The translations under genes were made by a program, and so were the position numbers. 39,370 nt of DNA, from contig JAGCXZ010000166.1 of assembly GCA_017961065.1 (NCBI GenBank), positions 1-39,370 on the forward strand. The letters run 5' to 3'. Below are positions 1 to 10,230 of this stretch, one piece after another. Source of the stretch: Lachnospiraceae bacterium (GTDB lineage: Bacteria > Bacillota > Clostridia > Lachnospirales > Lachnospiraceae). Positions within the stretch are counted from its first letter, which is position 1, and each line of letters opens with the position of its first letter. The notes beneath the pieces are model-generated. The model was not told the origin of the DNA. It did no database searches and saw nothing but the letters and a program-made list of their open reading frames with translations.

Positions 1-1682
1 CCGGACTGCGGTTTGGACGGATCCGTCAAATTTGTATAAACGGAGATCGTATAGCTGACACCCCGGCTTTGCAGCGCGATCCCTGCAGCGCGCAATTCCT
101 CATAAGCAGAGCCGGCATGATATCTGACGGCCACGTGATTTGCTGCATAAGCTTTTTGCCCCACAGTGCCGTCATACTGATAAATATGATCATAATTATC
201 GGCATTATCAAACTCAAAGACCTTAATTGTCTGGATATAGTCAGGATCCAGAAACGCCCCGTTCTCATAGGAGATCCACAGATAGCCCTGATCGCCCCAA
301 TCAGAACCATAACTGTTTTTTACCAGCCATGCACCGTCATATTTAGGCAAAGCCAGCGTGTCGATCAGATCCGTGTATTCTTCGATCTGCTGTATGTCAA
401 ATCCGGGGTGTTCCTGTGCATATGCATATATAAGCGCCATGTTATGTTTCGTATTGCAGAAGAACAACCTCTTAAAGTTATCATCCCAGCCGACAACGGA
501 TACCGCATGGTTACGTTTCACCACATGTTCGTTGTCATACAAGCAGAACTCTTCTTTACCGTCTTTCTTATATTTATAATTGTCGTACTTCCTGTCTTTC
601 GTGGTATAGTAGTTGCTGTCCGAGTAGATATCGATCCCGCAGGAACCGTGATCCATGATCGCTTTTTTGACCGCATCGCGTTCGGAAAGTGGGATCATAT
701 AGCCGTTTGTCAGATGAACCTGATCCTGAAAAGCAAACTCATTCGGGATCGCTCCCATCTCGTCCGAAACACGCGTCCTTGCGACGTCATAAGTCATGGT
801 TTCGTCCAGGCTCTCCGCACCGAGTCCGGTCCATCGACTCATGGCCAGCATAGCCGTCAGACCGTTTCCGCCGATATTTACTTTACTCGAATTATGCACG
901 GTCGTGATGTCATCATCCGTATTCCCGCGTTCCGAATGGATGTTTTGTATGTCTGTGGCCGCGCCGCCATTTCTGGGTCCGTTATAGGCAAATTCCACAA
1001 GCTGCAGTTCCGACAGATCCGGTTCCGCGCCACCGCTCATGATCACGGACGATTCCGCAGCAGACACTGCCTGAAAGGCCCAGCACGCACCCCACCCGGC
1101 CTGATCCTTAACAGCAGAGACCGCATGATCATCTCTGGCATCGTATTTTGCAGGCATCGGTGCAGAACGCAGCAGTTTTACCGAAGCCGCATACGACAGC
1201 CCGGGCAGTTTATAAGAGTTCAGCCACGTTCCGTCGTCTTCGATATCAGGGATCAGCGTATCCGATTCATAGTATTCTTCATCCGGGTCCGCGTCGAGAT
1301 CCGGATCCAGCTCATCTTCTCCATACGCGTTCAATTCTTCACTTTCAATTGTATTCTCCGCATCATCCGCATCTGCATCAGACGGCATCTCATCCGGTAT
1401 TTCCGGCTCACCGGCTATTTCAGGTTCTTCTTCCGTTCCTTCTTCTACAGGTTCCGACTCAGTTTCAGGTATCTCACCATCGGTCTCCTGATCTTCTTCA
1501 GAATCAATTTCCGCAGGATCGCTTTCCTGCAACAGGTCCGTAAGTGCCGCGTTGCTTTCCGCCTCGCTCACAATGTCCTGCTCCACAGGATCCGCAGCAG
1601 AAACAGTCACCCCGTTCATTCCCATGAACAGCGTGACGATCATCAGAAGTGCCGTGATCCTGCGTAGTTTTCTCTGTATCAT
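1..1682 (-). CDS. Secreted papain-like (C1 family) cysteine peptidase; C-terminus runs off the left window edge
   Basis: Hand translation of the minus strand from ATG at 1682 gives signal peptide MIQRKLRRITALLMIVTLFMGMNGVTVSA and a long acidic linker. Catalytic motifs follow: KDQAGWGACWAF (Cys), NHAVSVVGWDD (His), WLVKNSYGSDWGDQGYLWISY (Asn/Trp). The frame stays open to position 1. The listed + ORF 69..1667 is its antisense shadow. Confidence 0.85.
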   Translation of the reverse strand, partial: MIQRKLRRITALLMIVTLFMGMNGVTVSAADPVEQDIVSEAESNAALTDLLQESDPAEIDSEEDQETDGEIPETESEPVEEGTEEEPEIAGEPEIPDEMPSDADADDAENTIESEELNAYGEDELDPDLDADPDEEYYESDTLIPDIEDDGTWLNSYKLPGLSYAASVKLLRSAPMPAKYDARDDHAVSAVKDQAGWGACWAFQAVSAAESSVIMSGGAEPDLSELQLVEFAYNGPRNGGAATDIQNIHSERGNTDDDITTVHNSSKVNIGGNGLTAMLAMSRWTGLGAESLDETMTYDVARTRVSDEMGAIPNEFAFQDQVHLTNGYMIPLSERDAVKKAIMDHGSCGIDIYSDSNYYTTKDRKYDNYKYKKDGKEEFCLYDNEHVVKRNHAVSVVGWDDNFKRLFFCNTKHNMALIYAYAQEHPGFDIQQIEEYTDLIDTLALPKYDGAWLVKNSYGSDWGDQGYLWISYENGAFLDPDYIQTIKVFEFDNADNYDHIYQYDGTVGQKAYAANHVAVRYHAGSAYEELRAAGIALQSRGVSYTISVYTNLTDPSKPQS

Positions 1683-1687
1683 TTTTC

Positions 1688-4600
1688 TCATAGATGCTCT
1701 TTGATCCATGCAAGGAGCTTGGATCCTATCGTGTAACTTATCTCTTTATATCCGCCGTAGTTGCCGTCTTCCGTTGCGCGCAGGATGACTTTAACGGTAC
1801 CTGCGCCCCAGCCGGCCGGATAAACATATGTCGCATCATCGATCACATAATCCGTTCCGTATGTAAGGTCTGTCCTTCCGACTCTGACAAATACGATATC
1901 TTCTTCCGTCAGTTTCAGTTCGTGCCCGTTATCGTATTTCTTGCCGGTGATCCGGTATTTTGCGTTTGTAAGACTTGCTTTGACGATCCGGTATGTTGCA
2001 GAGATCTGTGTCTGCTCATACCTGCCCTTTCCGGTCACGCTCACGGAGATCACGGTACCGGCTCCGGGAATGTCATTTTGTCCCACATCATCACCGGCCG
2101 ATCGTTCTTCCGGCGTGGATCTGTAACGCTCAACCGTGGGATCCGTAAGATACGCATATGTATATTTTATATCGGTATAATCCGTTCCGGCCTTTAACAC
2201 CTTGCCGTTCGCATCCGTCAGTACCGGAACCGATTTCCAGGCGCCTTTTGCAGCCGCATAAACCTTATCGGGCGCTTTGATCGAGATCTTGGCATCAGAG
2301 AATACGCTCGTTTCGATCCGGTAGTTTCCGGTGATCCTGCCTTTGTAATTGCCGCGTCCGATGATGGTCAGCGTTGGAAGCTTTGCAGGCTGCGGATCCG
2401 TATCGGTCAGAACGGAAGTATTTGCCAGAGCGATCCTGTAGTCCGTTCCCGCCTGCAGGGCCTTTGGCGATCCTGCATCAAAAGCGTGATCCCACAGGGT
2501 GATGACCGGTGCCGCGCAGCCTTTTGCATACTGACAGACGATCTGTGAGATATCCGTAACCGGGATCTCGGCAGCCGGGTTTTCGACCGTATGATACGTC
2601 ATACGGATCCTGTCCGGATCTGCCTGAATGTCATATTGCCAGATCCTGTAAACGGCCTTCAGGGAACCGGAATATCCGTTGATCCCCGTCACGATGACGG
2701 TGGCGTTCCCGGCCTTTTCCGTATTCTTATAGGAAACCGTATAATCCCCGGTGATCCCGTCCGGACTGTATTGCAGCACCTGTCCGTTGAGTTCCACATA
2801 CGCATGATCCGGATCGCGCGTGCCGGCAAAGTCCGGTTTCACATCCGGGCCGTATGTTCTGGCGCCGAGATTCATGACCTTTGCCTTGGAGATCGCCGTT
2901 CCTGTGATCGTAAAGTTTTTGGTGCAGCTTCCGGTATAACCGCTCCCCTCAACTGCGGTTATAACAACCGTGGCTGTACCGATCTTTGTATTGTTTAAAT
3001 ACGATACCGTATATTTATCTGTCGGGATTGCAGCTTTTTTATACGTCAGGACAGGCATCGGCGTGAGCGGCCCGCCTGTATAAGTCTGGTTGGGTATTTT
3101 CCCGACCATCGCCGGTGAAAGAAGAACAAGGCTCGTGATCGTCTCATACGTCGTGATCGATCCCGTATAGCCGCCTTTACCGGTTATTGTTACCGGATAA
3201 ACACCGGGACTGACATATGCTCCCTTTCCGGTCTGCGGGTATTGCAGGGTATAATCCGTGCCGACCTTTAACTGCCTGCCGTCGCATGTAACAATGGGAC
3301 TGCCTTTGATCGCCTTTCCGGTATAGGCAGCCGTGACCGCCGATGCTTTCACATCATGGTCGGTGAGCGCTTTGGCAACGATATGGAACGTGACTTTTTC
3401 CGTACCGGAATAGTTCCCTTTGCCTCTGACGCTCACTGTCGGAACACGCGTTGCACCGGCCGCATCCACTTTTACATTGTTGGCATAGGTGACAGTATAG
3501 TCCTTTCCTTCAACCAGTTCGGTGGTCTCATTTCCCTCTGCATAATCAATGCTGTCATAAACCCTGACCGGTGGACGGATCGCGGAGCCGGTGTATGTCT
3601 GATCCCCGATCGGAACGACATAGAACCCTCTTCCCGTTTCCTCAAAATGCGGATACATGTGCAGTTCGCGCTGTGTGATTACGGTATCGGGGCCGATTCG
3701 GGAACCGGTTCCGTTGGTACCGGAGTACCATCCGAGGAAGGCTTTCCCGTTGATCTCGGGATCCTTCGGCCACTCCAGTCCCTTTTCTTCAAATTGTTCT
3801 CCTGCCGTTCTTCCGCAGGACAGACCATTGACCGTTCTGATATCCGTCAGCGTTTCACCTCCGTGGATCACGATCGATGCACCCGTGACCGTAACGGAAA
3901 TGCTGTCCGAATAGCCGGCAAGCGTTGCCTTTATTGTCGCGCTTCCTTCCGAAAGTGCGGAAACGGTTCCGTTATCAACACCCGCGATCAGCGGTTTGTT
4001 GCTTTCCCATGCGATCTTTGTATCGCTCGTGGTATCTTTTGGCCAGTATTCCAATACCAGATTCCTGCTCTGTCCCATGAGCAGTTCCGTCCCGGCAGGA
4101 TCGGTCAGCTCGACTTTATAAACCGGTGCGATGACAGTGATCTCACAGGTTGCCGTAACCGCGGCGTTTGATTTTGCCTTGGCTGTGATCACACACGTCC
4201 CGGCTCCGACAGCTTTTACCAGACCGCTTGCATCCACCGTTGCGACCTTATTGTTGCCGGATACCCAGGTTACGCTTTTCTCATCCGTCGTGTTCACCGG
4301 CTCGTAGGTGACACTCAACTGCAACTGATCGTGATTGGCTTTTTTCTGTTCCGCCGTAAGCCCTGTTCCGTTTTCCACGATCGTATCGGTCCGTCGCATG
4401 ACATCCGATGTATGGTCCAGATAGATGTTGCGGATCGGGCTTTTGACCGTGATGTTGCAGATTACTTCGTTACCGTCGTAAGCCGCCGTGATCACGGTGC
4501 TCCCGGGATTGATCGCGGTAACTGTCCCGTTTGAGACAGTGGCTACTCCCGGATCACTTGACCTCCAGCTTGCCTCGGAACCCTCCAGCGCGGTCCCGTT

Positions 4601-6313
4601 TACGGAAACAACCAGTTGCAGTGTATCTCCCACATTGATGGTTGCTTTTGCCTTGTTGATCCGCAGGCCCGGCATGTTGCTGTAGACCGGGATCTTAAAG
4701 ATAAAATTCGACTTCAGCGCACCGGCATCGGCATACACTTTTCTGGTATTAAGGGATTCCGACGCAGGCGCCTGGATGTTCTGCATATACTGATGCGTAT
4801 AGACCTGATTTTCGGCATTGGGATTCACATTGAACTTCTGCAGATACCCCGTGTCCTGTCCCTTTTTGATATAGCCGTTTCCGATCGTCTCCGCACCGCC
4901 TTTAAGAGACTTATATCGTGTGTTCCACCCTTTCTGTTTGGCGTATTTCAGACCGCTTAGAATAACCTGCGCGTCGGTCGACCCGCTGGCTCCGACATTG
5001 AAGTAGTTATAATAGCCTTTATATGCACCGTTTTCTCCGCTCCAGTTCCCGGAGATCAGCGGCGAAGTTCCTGCTCCCTGCTCCTGATAGACCCTGGTCG
5101 CAAGGTGTGTCGGACTGACACCCTGCGCCCTGCCGATCTCGTAAAATGCCTGCGCATAGGACTTGGAAGTCTGATCCGGCAGCACGCCCTTCATGAATGT
5201 ACCGTTTAAGAAACTCTGGATCGCATCGACGGTGTGGCAGGAACTGTTGAAGGTCAACTGCTCAAACTGGAAGATATAGCCCTCCGTCAGGAAGTTTCTG
5301 GGATCCATATAATACGAGACTCCCGCCTCCGTCGCGTAGGCCCACTTGCCCTGTCCGGTCGCCTTACCGACAAACCCCTTTTCGATATTGGAGTCATTGA
5401 TATAGATCCAGCTCTTGTTGCCCATTTCTTCGGCAACGGCTTCGTTAAAATCAAGCCCTGTTTTCAACGGCACGAATGTCCAGTTCGGATGGGCGTTTTT
5501 GAGCTTGTTGAGCGAAGCCTGATATCCCGCGGGAAACTGCATGACATCCGCATATCCCGTACCTGCCCCGAGTCTTTCCTCCTCATCGGGCAGATCGCCG
5601 TACAGATCCCTTAACAGGTCCGCATAGGTTTCCTCCCAGGCAGTCCAGTCTTCATCGGCATGGATCAGAAAGTCCGGTGTAACATACCCTTCCAGATAAT
5701 CCTGGCCGATAAAGAATCCGCCGTAATAGAACAGCCCGTTCTCCGTGATCCTGACCGCATCCATGTAGATCGTGGAAGCACTGTCCAGTTCCGTGACGAG
5801 TTCCGATGCACGGTCGGGCTCCGTATAGACAGGACAGGCATCCGTCAGATAAACGACCGCCATGACCGCTTTCTGCCACGCGAGTTCCGCAAAATCATAC
5901 TCCGCCTGTTCTATCTCATCCGCGCGTTCTTCGATCAGCTTTGCGATGCGGGTATTATCATCCGCTTCTTCCGCTTCTTCCGGCTCATCTTCTCCGCTAA
6001 GGAGTTCTTCCTCTTCCGGGATCGGATTTTCTTCCCCCGTCTGCTCCTCTAAAGAACCCGCCTCAGGATCCGGCTTCTCTTCCGTTTCCCGGCCGGAAGC
6101 TGTGTTCTCTTCCGTACCGGTCTTTGTGTTATCTTCGGGATTTTCGTCTTCTCCCGGCTGTTCCTGTTCTTCCGCCGGTGCGGTCATGGCGATGATGACA
6201 GGCGCATCTTCCTGCGCATGAACCTCCGCGGCAGGCAGTACGGCTGTCTGTACAAAAAGCACCATGATCAGCATCATGATCCCGATCTTTTTCCCCTTGA
6301 TCAATCCTCTCAT
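1688..6313 (-). CDS. Large secreted cell-wall protein: GH73-type N-acetylglucosaminidase domain, Big_2 Ig-like domains and many ~70-aa repeat modules
   Basis: Internal start MRGLIKGKKIGIMMLIMVLFVQTAVLPAAEVHA (signal peptide) at 6313, preceded by AAGGGGAA, 14 nt after the upstream stop. An acidic linker follows. Glucosaminidase-like block GYYNYFNVGASG...GWNTRYKSLKGGAETIGNGYIKKGQDTGYLQKFNV. Big_2-like SSDPGVATVSNGTVTAINPGSTVITA. Repeated YTG..I.P...GKDYTV.Y.NN...G.A.V...G.GNY.GS modules. Confidence 0.8.
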   Translation of the reverse strand: MRGLIKGKKIGIMMLIMVLFVQTAVLPAAEVHAQEDAPVIIAMTAPAEEQEQPGEDENPEDNTKTGTEENTASGRETEEKPDPEAGSLEEQTGEENPIPEEEELLSGEDEPEEAEEADDNTRIAKLIEERADEIEQAEYDFAELAWQKAVMAVVYLTDACPVYTEPDRASELVTELDSASTIYMDAVRITENGLFYYGGFFIGQDYLEGYVTPDFLIHADEDWTAWEETYADLLRDLYGDLPDEEERLGAGTGYADVMQFPAGYQASLNKLKNAHPNWTFVPLKTGLDFNEAVAEEMGNKSWIYINDSNIEKGFVGKATGQGKWAYATEAGVSYYMDPRNFLTEGYIFQFEQLTFNSSCHTVDAIQSFLNGTFMKGVLPDQTSKSYAQAFYEIGRAQGVSPTHLATRVYQEQGAGTSPLISGNWSGENGAYKGYYNYFNVGASGSTDAQVILSGLKYAKQKGWNTRYKSLKGGAETIGNGYIKKGQDTGYLQKFNVNPNAENQVYTHQYMQNIQAPASESLNTRKVYADAGALKSNFIFKIPVYSNMPGLRINKAKATINVGDTLQLVVSVNGTALEGSEASWRSSDPGVATVSNGTVTAINPGSTVITAAYDGNEVICNITVKSPIRNIYLDHTSDVMRRTDTIVENGTGLTAEQKKANHDQLQLSVTYEPVNTTDEKSVTWVSGNNKVATVDASGLVKAVGAGTCVITAKAKSNAAVTATCEITVIAPVYKVELTDPAGTELLMGQSRNLVLEYWPKDTTSDTKIAWESNKPLIAGVDNGTVSALSEGSATIKATLAGYSDSISVTVTGASIVIHGGETLTDIRTVNGLSCGRTAGEQFEEKGLEWPKDPEINGKAFLGWYSGTNGTGSRIGPDTVITQRELHMYPHFEETGRGFYVVPIGDQTYTGSAIRPPVRVYDSIDYAEGNETTELVEGKDYTVTYANNVKVDAAGATRVPTVSVRGKGNYSGTEKVTFHIVAKALTDHDVKASAVTAAYTGKAIKGSPIVTCDGRQLKVGTDYTLQYPQTGKGAYVSPGVYPVTITGKGGYTGSITTYETITSLVLLSPAMVGKIPNQTYTGGPLTPMPVLTYKKAAIPTDKYTVSYLNNTKIGTATVVITAVEGSGYTGSCTKNFTITGTAISKAKVMNLGARTYGPDVKPDFAGTRDPDHAYVELNGQVLQYSPDGITGDYTVSYKNTEKAGNATVIVTGINGYSGSLKAVYRIWQYDIQADPDRIRMTYHTVENPAAEIPVTDISQIVCQYAKGCAAPVITLWDHAFDAGSPKALQAGTDYRIALANTSVLTDTDPQPAKLPTLTIIGRGNYKGRITGNYRIETSVFSDAKISIKAPDKVYAAAKGAWKSVPVLTDANGKVLKAGTDYTDIKYTYAYLTDPTVERYRSTPEERSAGDDVGQNDIPGAGTVISVSVTGKGRYEQTQISATYRIVKASLTNAKYRITGKKYDNGHELKLTEEDIVFVRVGRTDLTYGTDYVIDDATYVYPAGWGAGTVKVILRATEDGNYGGYKEISYTIGSKLLAWIKEHL

Positions 6314-6326
6314 GTTCCCCTTACTC

Positions 6327-8054
6327 TTATTCCTGTTTTCTGCTTTTTTCCAGTTCTTCCTCTTCCAATTTCCGGTAAGCCACTTTCCCCACAAGTGTCT
6401 TCGGCAGGCTTTCCCGAAATTCCAGTTCTTTCGGCATTGCATATTTCGCGATATGCTTCGACGCATACGCAAGAAGCTCCGCGCGCAGTTCATCCGTAGG
6501 TTCGATCCCGAGCGCCGGAACCACGAACACCTTCACGCGCTGCATCTTCAGCGAATCCGGTACGCCGATCACACAGCTCATGGATACCTTCTCGTGCGCA
6601 TCAAAAATGTTCTCCAGCTGCGCCGGATATACATTGTATCCCGAGGTGATGATCATACGCTTGTTGCGTCCCTTGAAGTAGATAAACCCTTCCGGATCCA
6701 TCGTTCCAAGATCGCCCGTGTATACCCAGGTCAGGCCGTCGTCATGCTTCCTGAGCGTTTTGGCCGTCTCTTCCGGCTGATTGATGTATTCCCGCATGAC
6801 AGTAGGTCCGGCCAGAAGTATCTCGCCTTCTTCTCCGTAAGGCAGTTCTTCATCCGTATCCGGTTTGACGATCTTGATGAACGTGTCCGGGAACGGCAGT
6901 CCGATGCTGCCCTCCTTGAACATATGCGGCGGAGTCAGACAGCAGGCCGTTACGGTTTCCGTTGTGCCGTAACCCTCGCGCACCTGAACGACCGATCCGT
7001 GATCATACAGGAACTTGTCCAGTTTCTTCTTCAGTTCCACAGACAGTGAATCACCGCCGGAGAAAACACCTTTCAGGCTCTGCAGATTGGCCTTGTCCAT
7101 GCTGGGCAGCCTGAGCAGTGCCTCAAACAGCGTCGGCACGCCTGCGATAAAGTTACATTTATACTTCACGATCAGCTTCGAATAACTCTGCGCCGTGAAA
7201 CGCGGAACCAGAACGCAGCGTCCACCGCTTGCAAGCATCGAATGGATGCAGACACCCAGTCCGAAACCGTGGAACAGCGGCATGGCCGAAAGCATCCGGT
7301 CTCCGGGACGGAACATCGGATTGGCGGCAACGATCTGCTGGCTCAGCGCGTTGAAATTTCCGTTTGTCAGTAATATTCCCTTTGTCGTTCCGGTCGTACC
7401 GCCCGAATACAGAATGGCGGCAGGATCATCATATGCCCGCTTTACCTGACGCTGCCAGAAGCAGGCCTTATTGAGCCGCATGAACTCAGCCCAGCGGATG
7501 ACCGGCGCGCTGTCGGGAATCTTTTTCATCTTGCGGCCTTCTGTCAGCATATATCCGGCACGCATCGGTTTGGACAACGCGTCCTTGATGCTCGCGATGA
7601 TCACATTCACAAGGTGTGTGTTCTGCCTGATCGCCTCGAATTTCCCGTAAAACTGGTCCAGCGTGACCACAGTAACGGAATTCGATTCATTCAGATAAAA
7701 TTCCAGTTCCGCTTCACTGGAAAGCGGATGCACCATGTTGGCCACCGCGCCGATCAGGTTGACGGCATAGAGCATGTAGATCGCCTGCGGGCAGTTCGGC
7801 ATGGCGATCGTAACCCTGTCGTCCTCGCGAACGCCGATGGTCCGAAGAGACCTCGCGCACTTCTGTATGTTTTCGATCAGTTCCCTGTATGTGGTTGATT
7901 TTCCCATAAAGTCAAAGGCAATATACTTCGGATACTGCTCTGCGACCTTTTCAACCGCCTCATACATCGAACCCTGAAAATAATCCAGTGTAAAGGGTAC
8001 GGCACCCAGATGATCTTTCCATGGAGTCTTTACTGTTTTCTCAGCCATTTTCAT
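6327..8054 (-). CDS. AMP-dependent acyl-CoA synthetase/ligase (ANL superfamily)
   Basis: AMP-binding motif ILYSGGTTGTTKGILLTNGN; EGYGTTET; YTGDLGTMDPEGFIYFKGRNKRMIITSGYNVYPAQLE. GGGAGG ribosome-binding site before ATG at 8054. Confidence 0.9.
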   Translation of the reverse strand: MKMAEKTVKTPWKDHLGAVPFTLDYFQGSMYEAVEKVAEQYPKYIAFDFMGKSTTYRELIENIQKCARSLRTIGVREDDRVTIAMPNCPQAIYMLYAVNLIGAVANMVHPLSSEAELEFYLNESNSVTVVTLDQFYGKFEAIRQNTHLVNVIIASIKDALSKPMRAGYMLTEGRKMKKIPDSAPVIRWAEFMRLNKACFWQRQVKRAYDDPAAILYSGGTTGTTKGILLTNGNFNALSQQIVAANPMFRPGDRMLSAMPLFHGFGLGVCIHSMLASGGRCVLVPRFTAQSYSKLIVKYKCNFIAGVPTLFEALLRLPSMDKANLQSLKGVFSGGDSLSVELKKKLDKFLYDHGSVVQVREGYGTTETVTACCLTPPHMFKEGSIGLPFPDTFIKIVKPDTDEELPYGEEGEILLAGPTVMREYINQPEETAKTLRKHDDGLTWVYTGDLGTMDPEGFIYFKGRNKRMIITSGYNVYPAQLENIFDAHEKVSMSCVIGVPDSLKMQRVKVFVVPALGIEPTDELRAELLAYASKHIAKYAMPKELEFRESLPKTLVGKVAYRKLEEEELEKSRKQE

Positions 8055-8072
8055 GCCTCCCGTTTCGTATGA

Positions 8073-8939
8073 TCAGATCTCGATCTCGCTGTGCAGCGGC
8101 TGCTCCAGCAGTTCCGGCTGCTCCAGCAGTTTGCGGATCAGCCTCATACTTCTGCTGTAATAGTATCCGTCCGCCAGACGTTCATCTATCGTCACGCCCA
8201 GATCGACGCTCGGGCGCATTTCCATGTTGCCGTCTTCATCAAAGAAAGGTCTTTTTTTGATCTCACCGATCAGTACGATCATGGAGCACGTTCCCCAGTT
8301 CGTCAGATGATGATAGCCGCTCTTTAACTTAATGGAGCCGAGGTTCGAGATCACAACGGAAGAATAATAATGGTCCGGTTCCACCAGCGAGGGCGGAACC
8401 CCACCGTGTTTGTCGAGCCACATGACAAAGTGCAGCGCCGCTTTGGAAATAAAGCGCGGGATGCGGTTGAACATATCCATGGAATCCGTGGAACTGTCCA
8501 CTTTATCCGACCTGCATTCCATGACCTGGTCTTTGATATACCGGTGAACCGTATCCAGGTTGTCCGTATCCTTCATATGCAGAAAAGCCAGCGCCTCCGC
8601 CCCGTGATCGGAAAACTGTTTCTTGACCACAAAAGCGGCCGACACTTCATTTCTCTGGTAGAAATTTCCGTTTACGATGAAACGGTTCATTTTCGGACGA
8701 AGCGTCAGTGTCCGGACCAGCGACGTTACGATCAGCTGGAACAGATTGTATTTGTAATCGTCGTTTCCGGCATTCTTCTTCTCCAGATACGCATTGATGT
8801 TTGTCAGATCGATGCGTTCCGTGATATAAGCCTCATTGTCGCAGCGGTTCGGATAGATCACGCCGGTAACGAAATGCAGGGAATCCAGTTCCCTGAGCAG
8901 CCTTCCGTCACGACGGTCTCCCATGCGTCTTCGTGCCAT
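8073..8939 (-). CDS. Stand-alone 2-oxoacid dehydrogenase E2-type acyltransferase catalytic-domain protein, no lipoyl domain
   Basis: Start MARRRMGDRRDGR at 8939 with AGGAG upstream. The C-terminal block LGVTIDERLADGYYYSRSM aligns with the E2/CAT-type DHRxxDG motif, but with Glu in the His position (codons 8166..8186). Confidence 0.65.
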   Translation of the reverse strand: MARRRMGDRRDGRLLRELDSLHFVTGVIYPNRCDNEAYITERIDLTNINAYLEKKNAGNDDYKYNLFQLIVTSLVRTLTLRPKMNRFIVNGNFYQRNEVSAAFVVKKQFSDHGAEALAFLHMKDTDNLDTVHRYIKDQVMECRSDKVDSSTDSMDMFNRIPRFISKAALHFVMWLDKHGGVPPSLVEPDHYYSSVVISNLGSIKLKSGYHHLTNWGTCSMIVLIGEIKKRPFFDEDGNMEMRPSVDLGVTIDERLADGYYYSRSMRLIRKLLEQPELLEQPLHSEIEI

Positions 8940-9096
8940 GTCGGTCTCTCCTCTCGACTTACCTGTCTTTTGCAACGGATCACGGAGATCCGTAACGGAT
9001 TTCCGCGCACATTGCATCATTTTATTATAACATAGAAACGCAACGGGCACTATGATATGTTATAATAGGTTCATCTATGTAACAGGGGAGAAGTTT

Positions 9097-10230
9097 ATGT
9101 TTGCAAAACAGGACAAAAAACGAGACGGATTCATGCTGAACGGTTCCTTTGCCGATGAGGGTTATGACTGGTGGTGGCATTCCTTCACCGCCGTCAATGA
9201 CGCTACAGGTGAGGAGAAGCCGTTTTTTATCGAATACTTTACCTGTAACCCGGAACTTGGCGGCAAGGACCCCGTTCTGGGACAGGATGCCTACAATCTG
9301 CTGACCGGAAAAAAACCGTCCTATGTCATGGTGAAAGCGGGATGGTGGGGCAGCGATGCCGTTCAACTCCACCGCTACTTCGGATGGGAGAATGTAAAGA
9401 TTCACAAAAGAGCTCCTTACAGCCTGGAAGCAGACGACTGCTTTGCCGGAGAATATGAGCTGCGCGGATCTGTAGAGATCTCATCCAAAGATGCGGATGA
9501 GCACCCGGAATGGATGTGCGGCTCCGGTTCCATGGAATGGGATCTGAAACTGCATAAGATGATCCCGTTCAATGTCGGATACGGTGCGGGGGGATTTTTC
9601 CGGCGGCTTAAGGCCTTTGCCATGTACTGGCACGCAGAGGGAATGAAGACGCTCTACAGCGGGACCGTGAAGGCAAACGGCGTGACCTATTCCGTCTATC
9701 CGGACCGCTGCTACGGTTATGCGGACAAGAACTGGGGAGAAGACTTTACCAGTCCGTGGGTATGGCTTTCAAGCTGTGATCTTACGAGCAAACTGACCGG
9801 CAGGCGTCTGAACAATTCCGTATTTGATATCGGCGGCGGGTGTCCGGTCGTATTCAATATCCCTTTGCAGAAAAAACTCTTAAGCGCTTTCTACTACGAA
9901 GGCGAAGAGTTTGAATTCAACTTCTCGAAATTCTGGACCATGACCAGGACCAAATTCCGCTGCAAGGAAACAGACGATGCCGTGATCTGGCATGTGCGTC
10001 AGGAAAACCGTTCGGCCCTGATCGATGTCAAAGTCAAATGCCTGAAAAAAAATATGCTGCTGATCAATTACGAGGCGCCAAACGGCACGAGAAAGCACAA
10101 CCGTCTCTGGAACGGCGGCAACGGGAAAGGCGTGATATCCCTGTATGAGAAACATAATAAGGGGTTGTATCTCATCGATGAGATCAGATGCGGACACGTC
10201 GGATGTGAATACGGCGTATACAGTGAATAA
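9097..10230 (+). CDS. Tocopherol-cyclase-like family protein (function unknown)
   Basis: ATG at 9097 after AGGGGAG. The segment YGYADKNWGEDFTSPWVWLSSCDL resembles the (E/D)KNWG..FP..W.W signature of the tocopherol cyclase family. An extended -10 TGTTATAAT lies at 9058..9066. Confidence 0.5.
   Translation: MFAKQDKKRDGFMLNGSFADEGYDWWWHSFTAVNDATGEEKPFFIEYFTCNPELGGKDPVLGQDAYNLLTGKKPSYVMVKAGWWGSDAVQLHRYFGWENVKIHKRAPYSLEADDCFAGEYELRGSVEISSKDADEHPEWMCGSGSMEWDLKLHKMIPFNVGYGAGGFFRRLKAFAMYWHAEGMKTLYSGTVKANGVTYSVYPDRCYGYADKNWGEDFTSPWVWLSSCDLTSKLTGRRLNNSVFDIGGGCPVVFNIPLQKKLLSAFYYEGEEFEFNFSKFWTMTRTKFRCKETDDAVIWHVRQENRSALIDVKVKCLKKNMLLINYEAPNGTRKHNRLWNGGNGKGVISLYEKHNKGLYLIDEIRCGHVGCEYGVYSE

Noticed and set aside
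69-1667. 532-aa + strand ORF, the longest listed ORF at the left edge
   Set aside because: Its translation is Arg/Ile/Phe-rich nonsense with no motifs. The opposite strand in the same interval encodes a clean C1 peptidase with all catalytic motifs and a signal peptide, so this is an antisense shadow ORF. The same reasoning applies to the other long shadows, such as 3356..4171, 6264..7049, 8370..9035, 10958..11527, 14004..15239, 16469..16993, 19176..19868 and 20544..21131.
8974-8992. Inverted repeat ACGGATC-N5-GATCCGT in the leader of the E2-like gene, as a possible operator or riboregulator
   Set aside because: It is a single short 7-bp repeat with no second copy or associated regulator gene. 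It could be chance in a GATC-rich genome, so I note it only.
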